Shown: positions 13,801 through 27,328, numbered from the whole stretch's first letter. The stretch is 63,754 nucleotides of DNA, filler included, from Bigelowiella natans CCMP2755 (GCA_000320545.1; 4 parts of 4 records of this genome joined end to end with filler, not necessarily neighbours in it); one strand, 5' to 3'. Numbers and translations are program-made. Notes: a model not told the origin generated them from the sequence alone.

Positions 13801-16800
13801 CCTCAAATTGCCTCCTTGTTGCGGGATTCCGCAACCAGTGCGATGAAGCTCCAACTTGCACACGAATGCATTCAGGAATTGGGTCTGGAATGATAATCTT
13901 GAAGCCCACACACATACACACACACACACCACGCACACATGATATGTATCAGCTACAAGTACTCTTATCAAAGAATATCTTACTGCCGGACCTCCTTAAG
14001 GTTTCCCATCAGGTTAAATATTATGTATAGACTCTGAAGCAAAGCACAAAATTTAGCTCCACAGACATATCGAGTCGTTTTCCTCACCCTAAGTTTCCCC
14101 CTTGCAGGATTTATCTTGAACATGTTTGAGAGACGAAGGCACTTTGGTAGCACGAGCCATCCAGATCTTAGTAACAAAGGATACTGTCATATTGAGTGGT
14201 GGTTTACCTATCACACCGTACCTACACTGTCTTCTCAGAGCATCTGTCACCTGAAAATTTAAACATTGATTATATCTACAAACTCAAAGAAGTATCCGAA
14301 AAGGGTACATTTGCGACACTCCCATGCCTATTTGCAAGGTATGTCTGTTGATGCAAGATTGCATTTTGGGTCGTTGGCTGCACAAAGCATTGTTAGATTA
14401 GCATAATTTCCTTTTTGATGAATCTCGATTTTTATTTATACCCTTATATCCATGGTTGTATTTTTTAAGAGTTCCTTCCCTAACGAAATTATGATGTCAG
14501 TAACATCTACATATATATTTTGGCATGCTTCAAATATTTCAATACCAATGTCTCCATATTGGGCGTATACAATGCCGTCGAAAGTCTTCGGATCAAAAGC
14601 CTAACGCACTTTCTATTACGTATTCTCTTTTCATGAAATTGAATCAAACAACCTGCATATCACGCTCATTGTTTTCCGTTTCCCACATTTGAACTTTTGT
14701 TGAAGCTTCCGCATTGACCTTGAGTAAAACTCTCTCAGAATCAAAGGCCTGTAATCTACATATACTAATTACTTTTTCCTTTCTGTCGAATTCATCTTTT
14801 TTATCCATAGGAGTTTTTCCTCTATGTGGTCCCTCATTTCCATCCTTCTCATCCAGGAAGATAGAAAGTCTTTCCAGCGAACGAGTACCAACAGTAATTC
14901 TTTTCTTCTCGCTATCGGTACAAGAATGTTGAGCCTCCGATAAAAGCGTTGAGATTTTTCCGACGTCAATTCGAAAGAAGAGGTATCTGATACAATATCG
15001 GTTAATAAATGTCACAATATCTCCCAAAATAAAAATATTTTACGTGTCTTTAAACTCATGGTCTTTGTGCACACGCTTTATGACTCCTGCGTTGCCAAGC
15101 TCTCGGCACATGTCGACCTATAAATTGCATTGATACCGTCTCCATCAAGTCATCAAAACATGCAAATTGGAAAACGCCACAGCAGAATAAAGATAATAAC
15201 TCACAGCATGTTCTCTGTCCATTGCCCACTCATTGTCGACCTATGAAAAAAACAAACTAAAGACAACATCACCGACTTTTCAAAATACTCACCATCCACG
15301 TGACAGCTTCTTCCGCAACAAAGCAGTCCTCATAGCTTTCGAACAGAAACCAATAGGTTCTCTACTTAGACTGAAAATATTGCCATACGTCGTTTTTTGT
15401 TGTGGTTACGTTTGGAATAGGTAGGTCCTGTTCCTGATTTCTAAGTTCTCCGCAAGATCCCAAGCAAGTTCACACAATCTAGGCAGGCATAGAACACTTC
15501 AAAAGCAAGTTTTCACACAATCTAGGCAGGCATAGAACACTTCAACCCATGCTGCTGCAATGATATCATTCTTGTTTTAACCTGAATTTCATTTCCTCGG
15601 TATCCTCTTCCATTACATCGGTTTCGCGAGTTCCTGCGCTTGTTTCTTCTATCATAATGCACAAAGTTATGCGGACTCGAATTCTATCTCATAACATCTG
15701 AATATTACCCTCTGTAGATTGGTTAATCGTCGCCACCAAAGTCTGTAAGCTCTCAACCTAATTTGACATCAAAGTCACGAAATGGTGAGATGTTTGTGGA
15801 TCGAAAAGACACTGTATCTTTGAGTATTACCGGGACACGATATATAAGATAATCGATGGAAAAATTGTATGTTTGCTCCTGAGGCATGATACCGTATCAT
15901 CGAATTTTGGCACTGATGAGCATGAGCATTTTAAGACCTCCCATTTCTTATTTCTGAAGACTTGATTGGAAATATGACTGGTTTTGCGTATAAGCTTCAA
16001 GCTTTCGACCTTTCTTAGGAGATCTTTGGCCTAAAAAACAGAATATCTTGCATGTTGTATCTTGATCCTAAGTTTTTTACCACCTCTTTCTCCTCAACTG
16101 CTAGTTTATTCCCAATCATCCATTTCACTGAATATTATTTTAATTTTAATGCTCATGTTTGTAGTTTATTTAGCAGCTTGATAGGCAACGTACCTGCGCA
16201 TTTGGCTTTGAACACGAATGGATATCTGAATGTTAACAACACGTGTTTAGTCTTTATACTATAACGGGGGATCAACGGCATAGTTCGAGTTTATTTTTAT
16301 GTTACATCTTATGATATGTGTGGGACATACTCGCCCTTCTGGTGCAGCTTAGAATCAAACGATAGACGAATACCACCCGCTTGCCTTGGAGCAGACATGC
16401 GTTGCGAAAGCATTGCATATTGCCTTGGAATCCATCTAGAGTAAGAGGAATCAGAAACAAAAGACGAAGTACATAATAGGCAGTGCAACCTATATCCCCT
16501 CTTCTTTTCTGCTTTAAAAGGTCGAAGATTTCCAGACCTAGAGGTGATTTGGAGAGATTATTGCAAAAATTGTTATCCTTCATAAAATACGCCTTCTAAA
16601 TGTTGATAATTCTATAAATGTGTGTGTGGTATTACCTGAACCAACGCAAGTAGCCTCTTTCGAATGCTCGTTGACAAATTTGGATCGCTGTATATCTTCG
16701 AATGCCCTCTACATTTCGTAGCCACTCTACCATGTCTTCACCGGAAAATGATCCTGAAAACAGCAGAATCCTTGCACTACTACGTTCACTTAGAAATACA

Positions 16801-17436
16801 TTTGGAACCTTCAGATCGAGAGTCCCATAGGTTGAGGGCTTTCACGCGGTCTTTCAGAGTCTTCTTTTGCTTACGTTCCAATGACGCCTTTCTCGCTGTA
16901 ACTCCCATTGCAGATGATGACATCCGAGCAATCTTATTTATCAGTAATATAGGTTGTTTACGCAGTTAGTGAGTCAAAGGTTTAGTTTTAGAGTAACCAG
17001 TCTCTTCAATCGTCTCGCCCCTCCTTCTCCGACAGAGGATGGCACGCTAGAGGGAGACCCTAATGTTTTCGTACTACGACAGTATTGTCCTAGAATCTGT
17101 CTCAAACTTGAATGGAGCGAGTCTGGAAGTGGCGGGACATAATTAAAATGTTTCGATGATCCGGCTTTTGTAGTCATAACATATGCACGGGAGCCTGGAA
17201 TCCACAGAGCTACAAATATCTAATTTACTCCTCGGTACTTTGCATTCTTTTCGAAATTATTACCATTATGAAGATGCTCCTTAACACGTTCTTCACGAGG
17301 GATAACCGTAAACACGTTCAGATCAATGTCCACGACTAGGATGTCGTATCTTTTTGAAATTAAGATTAGGTTACAAATATTTTATTTAATTTCTAAGCGT
17401 TCGATACATACTGGTGCTTCGCCTCTTCATCGACAT
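7861..17436 (-). CDS. Large multi-exon signalling protein: >=2 DEP domains, dDENN-like segment, PH-like segment, C-terminal RNI-type LRRs (possibly more than one gene)
   Basis: DEP exons SFSGEDMVEWLRNVEGIRRYTAIQICQRAFERGYL (~16700) and LEIRNRTYLFQT/YEDCFVAEEAVTWM/...VIKRVHKDHEFKD/YLFFRI (~14980-15460). dDENN-like FDRIGFLQSQPAADRSFMRAFTLTQ/AFSSF (~12900-13080). PH-like KKGGWLFLAIRKGVL (~10900). LRRs VRALDLRDNQFD, IDHLDLSQN, LNWLDIGWNEIG, LQVLDLRGNPLDDQGVVHICRAM (9000-10000). Introns are short (~50-70 nt). Gene ends are approximate. Confidence 0.65.
15462..15545. repeat. Two-copy tandem duplication (~42 bp)
   Basis: AAGCAAGTT(TT)CACACAATCTAGGCAGGCATAGAACACTTCAA present twice. Confidence 0.9.
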
Positions 17437-18099
17437 GCTGTAGAATGTGTTTTTTCAACGCACCGAAGAAGAATGGTTGCAGCGACCTATTATTCGGAAT
17501 TTATGAGTTGATACTCGAATTCAAAACTTAGATAAATTTGTAATAGCTACTCTGGAGAATTTTTGCAGAAAACTGGGGCAAGCAGTGGATGGTAAGTGGG
17601 CAATTCCCATCTATTTATAGTGAGATTTTTAGCTACTTGAGATTCAGTTTTTTTTCATTCTATAACATTTCACAGAACCTTACAGGTGTGAGCAATGCTC
17701 GTAATGATTCGCAAGATAATGTTATCAGACTTGGCGTCTTTCCCTAAGAGTTGTCTTTAGTATTGTTTTATGTTTTCATATAGCAACTCACAAGAATAAG
17801 AAGGGAGCCTTCTGTAGATAATTGATGAATCATCTTGATGACTAACTCAACATCCAATCTGAAAATTATATTAATAAGCTCAATAAGCCAAACAAGATTA
17901 TAAACACGTGCCTGCGAAGAAATGCCCTGAGGTCCAAGTCCATAAGATCTGGGTCGACGTTAGGTCTCGGCATTGTAGCACACTCAGTGTGGGAATCCAA
18001 CCCTTGAACATAAAAATATCATTTATTGGCGAAAAAGTGACCCCATTATTTCGACTTACTTTCACATCTGGTTGGGGCACTAATACCCCGTGCTCTGGT

Positions 18100-20400
18100 G
18101 ACTGTAATTTTAACTTTGGTACACACCATTATGAAGGGAACGCGACGTTATCTCATGAATTCCAGATACTTCGAGGGTAGAGGACAGACTCATAAAAAAA
18201 AAATTTATACACACCTGGGTTAATATGCCGTATTCTAATTGGAAATCCAGGATTCGGCATGAGCTCATTTCGCAGGGACTCCCAGATTGTTTCTACGGCC
18301 ATTGGAGTGAGATATCTTCGTGCTGAATTCAGATAAATCAAATGACCTCAATGATAAATAAATTATGCCATGCTTGTCTAACCTCGTATTATTGACTCAT
18401 CGCTGTAAGCGTATGGAGAAGCTTGATCAGGTGTTGGAAAAAGCGACTCGACATATGATAATAGCGTGGCATGGAGCGGATACTGAGACACCAATACCTT
18501 TCGTGCAAGTATTTTTAATTTGCTTTCAAAAATCAGATATTTGTTTATCTTATTATTCCTACCATAGAATGCGGAGCATAGACGTGCATAGGCAATGGTG
18601 GTTGAGCTAAAAGATTCCTAATATGATAAAAGCCAATAATCTGTATGTTTTGGAAACCGATCTCCCATTTTATATACCTAGGAGTATTCCCGAAACATCT
18701 TGGGAAATACTTATGAAGGTAAGACCTGAGTAAACAATACTAGATACGAAAACAGTTTGCACTCTACGAGATAATGTTTCTACCAGCATTGATGTCTTCT
18801 TCGAACCTGATGTAATAACCAACCAACCATTAATCTACTTTTTAGTGACTAAATCAAGAGAATACTTCATCTGATATTCCATTATCCAGTTCTTCGTACA
18901 TTGTTATACAGTAACAAAAGAAATCCTTTGCCCCTTAGTATCACAGCTTTTGAGTTTCAAAATTCTACAATAACAGTTACTATGAATTATAACCTCTATA
19001 TTGCTTTGATACAAACATATGAACGTTGCGTTCGGATGTTATTCTGTTTTAATTGCAAAAATGCTGTAACGATGGCCCTGTGAAAGATCTACAATGTGCG
19101 ACCTGAATTTTTCTTCGTTTGTGTGTCCGAAACGCAGAGTACCCCCATCTATCCAAGCTCCAAGAGGAACGTAGTTCATGACTCCCTCAGACAGTTCGAC
19201 ATTCTGGCATCGGCATGAAATTAAAACTTGGTGAAACGAATATCAAACTAACCTACTTGAGGATAAACAGTCTTCCTCGTCTGTATTCGGGCGTCAGCAG
19301 ATGTTAGAGGTGGCCATTTAGAAACCTAAGAAACCATATTAAACGATCTACTTATATCGAGATTATACCATACCTGGTCTTTGTAGGAATCCTTAATCTT
19401 TCTTTTGAGCTCATCGGGCTGATTTGGATATATTAAATGTTATTTTGAATACTTCACTTTAATACTATGCACCTTTTTACCACGCCCATACATTTCGTTC
19501 CATTTTGTTTCTATCTGTCAAATCGGACATTTTTTAAATAAAATCATAAAAGATACACACAGCAGATACCTGTTTGATTTTTCCCACAAGTCGCTCTAAA
19601 GATTCGTTTCCAAAGAATTGCTTCGGATCAGGCTGATTGATAAAATTTCGATCACTAGAACCCAATGTCTTTAGGAAGACTCTTTACCTCCAAGAATATG
19701 CAAGCAGTTACTATTCTTTGCCCATGCAAGGAACGAGGACTTCCACGTGCTGAAAGCTTATATTTCAAAGGTCGATGCAATGATCTAGTTAGATTTCAAG
19801 TTTGCTACCTCCAACTCTGTGTCCGATTGGGAACGGCCGTGTCGATCAGAGGTGAGAAGCAGCAGGCTTTAAATAACAAAATAAGTTTCCGAACAGATAG
19901 GTGCATCTAACAAATTATTACGGTGTTGTGCCTTTTCTATCTGCTATACTTTTAGATGTCTAGTAATGCAGGAAAACACAAATCAGTTATTTCACCACAA
20001 TGATAAAAGGCTTTTCTGAATACCTTGTGATTAGAGGAGAGTGAATCAGGTTTGAAAGGAACATCGTCTTCATGTATAAATTTGTAAATTAAGATTATGA
20101 TAAGTATTCGAATTCGGGAGATCCATGAACTCAATTAGTCAAAGATTTCGAAAATGCACAAAAGATCAAAAGATCATTGATGTGTAAGGATGTAACCTCT
20201 GTCACGCTGAACATCACTTTTTTCGTCTATGTAACATCATTTGTTCAAGTTCAGCATCAAAGTGATTTAACTTGAATCGAAATAAGGTCATTCGATTATC
20301 CATGTCCCTATTATCCACATAAGCAATGCATGTGACTACCGCCATCATCGGAGTTGTTCTGTAAGACAGCGGACAAACGCAATGGCGTAGACGGAGTCCC
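18100..20400 (-). CDS. Hypothetical multi-exon protein
   Basis: Series of short open exons flanked by AG/GT on the minus strand (IETKWNEMYGRGKK; VSKWPPLTSADARIQTRKTVYPQ; VLVSQYPLHATLLSYVESLF; YLTPMAVETIWESLRNELMP). No recognised domain; ends uncertain. Confidence 0.4.
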
Positions 20401-22449
20401 CACAGTCGAGGGCATGTCTGTTTGCCAATATATTTCCACGTTTTTAAACGATCTTCTCCAACGGGCTCGTAGGTCTCACCGCAGCCAGCTACCACTGCTT
20501 AAAACTGCAGGAGGGACGCCATGAAAGATTTTCGAGAACACAACAAAACAGTACGAGCGCTTAGAATCGCAGGAAAAGGACTGGATTTGCGACTAGCGAC
20601 GTTCTCAATCGCCCTGTCGCAGACCTCAAACCTTGTGTTTCAGACGACGAATCATCCACACGACAAGCAGAGTGGCCCAGCACAACTGCAGAGGGGTCCT
20701 TTTTGTGTGCATCGTGCAGCATCACCACTAGAGATGGCAAACATCCAAGAAATGCCACAGAATCGAACAGGGCGACTTGGATCTCTGTGCATTGTGAAAG
20801 AAATCAGAAGGATTTCCCTCGTGCGACAGGGAATTGGCGATGTTTCTCAGCTAAATCAACGAGGTCGAATTCTCCAATCGTAGATCGTCGTGTGGACATG
20901 GCCTTCAGGAAGTTTTTGCTCAGAGTGGAGGTCTTGCGCCGTCAGAATTTTGCCGCTAGTGTCATTGCTTCTCAATGACCAAGTCATGCCATTTTGGCAA
21001 ACCAGCTAGTTGATTTGCTAGTCACAGTCCTCACTGAAACCAGTTCGAGGCACTGCATTTTGCACACTGCAAGTGTCTTGCAACACTTTGGAAATGCAGT
21101 TCTTCATCATTGTTTCATTGTTTGTTTCTCAATTTCCGTCATGACAACAAAGCGTTGTGTCTGTGATCCTTTCAGCTTTCTTTCTTTCTTTCCGTGCGGC
21201 ATGATGACTAAGAAGGGCATGGATTTCACATGGACAAGTCAACAATGCATCCGATGATCCTTTCAGATTCCCTCTTGGGATCACTTTGTCGTTGGTTCGT
21301 TCGTTGGTTCAGTTGCAACCAGTGCGAAGCTAGCGAAGGCTCAAACGCTCATCAAGCCCTGCTAGCCTGTGTGCCAAAGTGCAATGATTTTGCAGCATGG
21401 CCACCTAGCCATGCTGGCATGATCGCAATGCACCAGTGCGCAGTGCGTGCTAGCGTGCTCTGACCAAAACACTGCAAAATGCAGTGCACCATTGACGTGC
21501 GTCCACGCAGACACCTGGCTAGCTGGACACGCACAATTCTGGAATTGTCCACGACGTGAATGCCAGAATGAGCCAAGCCCAAAACAACATGAATTTGATT
21601 GCATGAAACACATCACAGCGGAAACCAACAGGTTCAACATTGGCGCTGTGGCCGTTGCATTGCATGCGCAAGGCTGGCCATTCCTCAGCATTGAAAAAGT
21701 TTGATTGATCAACAAAACCCGTCTTCTAGTCTTGCATCATCGTTGCGATGCCAGAATGGCTGGATCATTCATGAGGGCTAGCTAGCTCTTCTAGAGCTCA
21801 GAGTTAGCGGGATGTACGCGCACTAGCGCATCATCATGACATGCTAGCTAGCTAGCGTGGGCTTGCTACCTTGACTAGTTGATTGTGACACGGCAGCCCA
21901 AGGTGGATTTGGTGTCCTCTAGTCCTTCTAGTCTTGCTAGCTTGATGTCATTCGTGCTCATGGCTGCTGCTCGTAGCCTTGCGCACACATGCAGTGCAGT
22001 AGCTTTGTTTTCATTGCACATGCACAATGGCATTGACGGTGCACCAGGCAAGTGGTTACCCGCTGAAATACATGTATAGCTTGGGAAAACTACTAAATAT
22101 GCGGGTTGCATGATGTCAACGTTCTACATAAATTTGAATGCCATACTACGCTAAGATGCAGCAACAGCAGCGGTAGGAAGAGTACTCTGATCCGCTGCTA
22201 CCCCTTCTCCAGTGACAGGTGCTGTTGTTGTATCTTGCCCTTCTCCCTCCTCCCGCTGCAGATGCTGCTGCTGATTCTCATGTGAAGGAGTCGTTGATAG
22301 AAGCGGCTAATTGTAACAGTGGGAAAGAGGTAGAATAATGCTCAATGGGCGATAGGATGGAGGTGGTGGTAGGTCATCAACATCGTCTTTGTAATAGTTG
22401 TTATCATCGCTCATTGTTCTCGGGATGCTATTACCGCTAGTTTTTCGTC

Positions 22450-22527
22450 CTCATCCGTCTTTCCGAAAGGCAATATCTGATGATGAATTGAGGGGCGAGG
22501 GAGAGGGGGGTAAGAGAACTTCACACA

Positions 22528-22579
<52 letters not shown>

Positions 22580-22739
22580 GAATATTTTCATTGATATAAT
22601 CACTACCGATCGGTAAAAACTTGTTCCTTTGGCTTCGTAACCACTGTCGATTATGCGCCCAGCGATGTACGCCCCTACCATCCTGCACAATAAATTTACA
22701 CTCTATGAAAATTATAAATAATAAACTATATACTCAAAA

Positions 22740-22776
<37 letters not shown>

Positions 22777-22786
22777 TTGTATTGTG

Positions 22787-22823
<37 letters not shown>

Positions 22824-23024
22824 TTGCGAACATATACGCCAACGCATGATTGATTCGCTCCGGGGATAGGAAGAGAGGCTAAAATAAGTGAAAATCGCAC
22901 ACCAAATATTTCTATAAAGCACGGCACGGCCCATTTCCGCTTCGAAATTCCCGGCGAACAGAAGGCCTTGTGGCTTTGCATATTTGACGTAATCAAGCAG
23001 ATGCTGGGCGTGGATCCCTGATGG

Positions 23025-23062
<38 letters not shown>

Positions 23063-25035
23063 ATAATCTTAATACCGACTGAAGATGGCGAGTCGGTGCA
23101 TTCACGCAGCGGTTATGATCGTTGCTGTCGTTATTCAATGCGGAAAGAGAGTGGCACAACTACTTACTGGTGGCGAGAAAGTAGGCGAGAACGGGAAGGG
23201 TCACAGACGCATCTGAGAGGCAGAAATCATAGTGAGCGATAACGACCAACCAACAGTCGGCGATAAAATGTGTGGCCGTTATTAATGATGGTGATGATGG
23301 TTGCTAGGTTGCTGCGAATTCAGCAAAATGGCCGATGGCATTGATTGGTCGAGCGGAAAGAATACACACACCGAAGAAGACCTGCTGTGATTACTATCTA
23401 CTGCTAAAATCGGGCACCTCCTAGCTTGAATATCCGAGAAGGGTCGACGATGCCGAGACTGACAAAGAACGGAGAATTTCAACATTAATACAGCATCCTG
23501 TCAATTCTCTCAAGGCTGTCGGGAAAACAGAGCATCGCTGTTCTCACTGTTGTGTCTCAAGGTCGTTACATGAAGTCATCGATGAGATGGCTGGCGATCT
23601 GAAACCGCTACCCTGATTTCGGAGCGGCATTTTCAAAAAATAATTCCTCTGTTTCTGCATACATCTGCTAACTTCATCACTGTCTATTCGCCATTTATCA
23701 TTCGGGGAGGGGGGAAGAAGGAGGAGGACATACAGAAGGCTCGTTCCCGGTATCGTGACGTTCTGATGTACATTATAGCAGTAGCAACAAAGGCGCTATT
23801 CTTAGATTTAGTGACAATAAAAAAGATAGAATCGAAGATATCTTGAGAGTACACCTAACCCTCCCCCCCGAAACTTTTAAAAAATGCACCTTGAGCCGGT
23901 CTGATATGCTACCGCTGCTTGCTGCCTCAATGATGCCCATCTCTTCCTCGTCGTCGTCATCGTCGTCGTCATCATCGTCGTCATCATCGTCTTTGACGCT
24001 AGTGATATTTAATTTGTTTGTGGTTAGTGGTAGTCGTGGTGGTAGAGCTGGGCAGAGTGTTTGTGGTGATGATGATGATGAAACTAGATGATGATGATGA
24101 TGATGATGATGATGAAACTAATGATCATGGTACGCAATGGCCAAGTCAGGATTTAGAGAGAAATACACTAATATTACATCGCTGGCGTTGATCCCGACTC
24201 CTTACCACCTCCCCACGCGAAGGCATTCCCCGAAGGCAACGGAGGCATCCCTCCCATTCCAGCCATTAATGACAATACACCCTGCCCATTGAAAATCACA
24301 ACGCCATCAGCGACGCTGCAAAAAAGATGTTGCATCCACGTCTACAATCGTTGGGGAGGGACCAAAGGTAAATGTAGGTCTACCAGGGCAAAGCTCTTCG
24401 AGGGACCTCGTGCTCTTTGAAGAAACGCTCTCGCCCTCCCCCGCGATTCGTTAGGGCTCGGTGCTCCGTCGTTCACGCCGTGCATCCTCTGTAGATTGAG
24501 GCGATGAAAAGCAGAGTCGTCAGCAATGATTTCGGTTCATACTTTATATAATCATGCGTGTAATTTTTTTTCCGTCTCGTCTCTGATGCACACACGCGCG
24601 TTTTGAAACCCACCGTTCTTCCTCCCACTCCCCACCCCGACTCTGTGAGTGTATGCTTACTGTTGCTGGATAATATTGTTGTTGCTGGCGCTGCTGCTGT
24701 AGTAGTTGATGTCGTGCGATAAGTCTCTCGCCGCTTTGCTTCATTGTTGAGAGCGTATTTCTGCTGCTAACTCTGGAAAGAGAATTCATGCTCCTTCTGT
24801 TAACGCCTGAGAACATCATGTGGGGTGGGAGTGGCAAGGAGTGAACCTAGGATTTAACACGATGATAATCCCACTGCCATTGGTCATGCATCTAGATTCC
24901 TGAAAGACGCCATCCGAGGGATATTCCGCCTCCTCTCGTACCCGTACCCTACTCGATGCGCCCACCTTTCAGCCCTCTAGCGACGGCTTCGGAAGCGAGT
25001 AAGAACAACCATAGCCAGAACATCCCTACCGCCAT
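22450..25035 (-). CDS. Putative plastid-targeted (bipartite leader) membrane protein of unknown function
   Basis: ATG 25035 MAVGMFWLWLFLLASEAVARG (signal peptide) splices to S/R-rich VHSLPLPPHMMFSGVNRRSMNSLSRVSSRNTLST. Later exons: VFFGVCILSARPINAIG, DASVTLPVLAYFLAT, GIHAQHLLDYVKYAKPQGLLFAGNFEAEMGRAVLYRNIW, MVGAYIAGRIIDSGY. Confidence 0.5.
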
Positions 25036-25961
25036 TCGCCTCAGCGTCTGGAGAGGGTTGAGTCGCTGCTTTTAGAGGGTTTTATCCACAGAAGTAGAGG
25101 GGGGGTGGTCCTTTGCGGCACGAATGTCCCCCGAATCACCGCAAATCCCAACGAATCCCGGTGGATCCCTGCCGAGCCGTTGCTGATTGAAATTAGAAGT
25201 TTAGACTTCAGAAGTTAATTTATATGAATTCCCCCTGCTTTCTTCGCATTTCTCCTTCCTGCTTGTTGTCGTTTTCCCGGCACGTGCCCGTTTCTGGAGA
25301 CACGTGCTCGCTGCGAGCGAGAACGCAGGTGGTTCCGTGACTGATTCCTGTAAAAAGTCAAGGATTTTGCTTGCGGATTGTAAGATGCGACAACTGTTTT
25401 GGGAACGCTACCGCTGAGAGACTGCGTACCGGTACCAAGATTCATGGAGATTGGGAGGTTGTGAGCAGGGAGAAAAGAAGAAATTGTTTCATCTCCACTA
25501 AAAGCGAGGCTGGCACGAGAATTGGGCCGCGGCAATTGCGGAAAGTGCCTGGCGTAAAATCGAACCCGGGTAAAGTTGTGCATGCACGTGCATCAAATAC
25601 CCACTCATTGCGGTGCTTGCTGCCTATTTATCCTTCTTACCCATTTATTTCCCCTGTTGATATCGTCTGGGGACGACATTTTAGAAGGCTCAGTCGATCC
25701 TTGTATAGACGTAAGCTAGTAGTTGGGTCCTCTCAATGATTGAGCTAGCCAGTTTTTAAACTAAACCGGTACGTGGGCCCTGATGAAGTTTTACCTTCTA
25801 ACGTAGGACCTGACGGAGGGGGACTTGGGATTACTGTAAACCAGCAGTCGACACATTGTCCAAACAACCAAAGCAAGGAAGAAGTGGAAAAAAAGACAGC
25901 AGTAGAGAAGCAGCCCCTTGCAGATCAGGAGGCGAAGCGAGAAGGAGAAGGAATAGAGAAG

Positions 25962-26980
25962 ATGGGTGCAACGAATAGCATCGCATATAGTATCGTGGAA
26001 CAGGGTCATCCGGAGGCTGACCTCCAGGAACGCCATCTTCTGAGCCCAAGCCCCCCGTAAGATATATTCGTGCCTCCTCCTTTTCCTTCTCTTACTCTTC
26101 CTGCTGCTACTGCTGCTGCTGGTGGTGACGATGTGCCTTATAACTGCACTCGTTTTAACATGCATGTTAAGAAAGCAGGGGGGGAGGAAGGCGGGGAAAA
26201 GGAGAGAGAGAGAGAGAGAGAGAAACTTATTATATCACCTTGCAAATGCATACAAATATCAGAGGCCGTGGTCCTGAGTCAGTAAAGCGAAAGATTCTCA
26301 TCGATATCCAAGGAATGACATGCTCCAACTGCTCTGGCTCTATTGAGCGATTGGTGGCTGATATCCAAGGTGCTGCGAGTTAGTGTAACTGAGATAAGGA
26401 GAAGTGATTTGAATGAGGATGACGCAGATCATGATCGTATTGGTATGAGTATTGGTGGCGTTAATAAAGAAGCATCCCCCATCCGTGCACATGAGGGATA
26501 TCAATTGTTTTTATTTTGCAGCAGCTCTTCATTTTTAACTAGTCTGCACTCACGTTTTGCCATAAGATAGATCTACCCCGCTTCCCCCCTCACCCCCCCC
26601 CATGCGTGCTGTTGTCCATACTTATTATTTTCAATACATGTCTGACGTAGGGGTGGAGTCTATCTCCGTGTCGCTGATGACAGAGCGTGCCGAAGTTGTC
26701 TTCAGGCCTGCTGGTATGATCGTTATCCCCACCATCACCAAAACCATTTATTTTGCAGCCGAATAATTAACAGTAGCAGCGGATATACTATACGCAAAGA
26801 GATATGTTGTTCACTGCCTGTGCCAAGCTCTCACTCCCTCTCTCCCTCTCTCTATCACCCCCACACACACAACACACACACACACCGCTACCATCTTAAT
26901 CCCCTGCTCCCTCCCGCAATACAGAGGTGACCGCCGAGCACATCGTGGAGGAGATCGAGGACATTGGGTTCGACGCAAAA
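25962..26980 (+). CDS. N-terminal exons encoding a heavy-metal-associated (HMA) domain; truncated by the scaffold gap
   Basis: Spliced sequence KILIDIQGMTCSNCSGSIERLVADIQ/GVESISVSLMTERAEVVFRPA/EVTAEHIVEEIEDIGFDAK is a complete GMTCxxC HMA fold of the Cu-ATPase N-terminal type. Confidence 0.85.
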
Positions 26981-27055
26981 GTGCGTCCCCTCGCTCGGTG
27001 CGCCTCTGATATGGACCAAGTGGAAATACTGGTAGTTTGCGGTAGTAGTTGTAGT

Positions 27056-27155
27056 NNNNNNNNNNNNNNNNNNNNNNNNNNNNNNNNNNNNNNNNNNNNT
27101 TAATTAATTAANNNNNNNNNNNNNNNNNNNNNNNNNNNNNNNNNNNNNNNNNNNN
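27056..27155. other. Assembly gap with TTAATTAATTAA linker
   Basis: N-run with a six-frame-stop linker, 100 nt in total. Confidence 0.98.
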
Positions 27156-27206
27156 ATATATATATATATATATGCATAGCTGCCTCCATATTAGCGTCAC
27201 ACGCAC

Positions 27207-27281
<75 letters not shown>

Positions 27282-27328
27282 CGACTTTAAAAAAAACCAC
27301 TATATACTCATCTTCTGTACATTTGCAG

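Noticed and set aside
17473-17821. Possible tiny spliced + strand ORF (MVAATYYSEFM...KNKKGAFCR)
   Set aside because: Splicing is feasible, but the product is ~44 aa with no recognisable motif and its ATG nearly abuts the opposite gene's start; unsupported.
20521-22111. Cluster of overlapping 60-120 aa ORFs
   Set aside because: Explained by loss of TAA/TAG stops in the TA-depleted tract; no recognisable domains.
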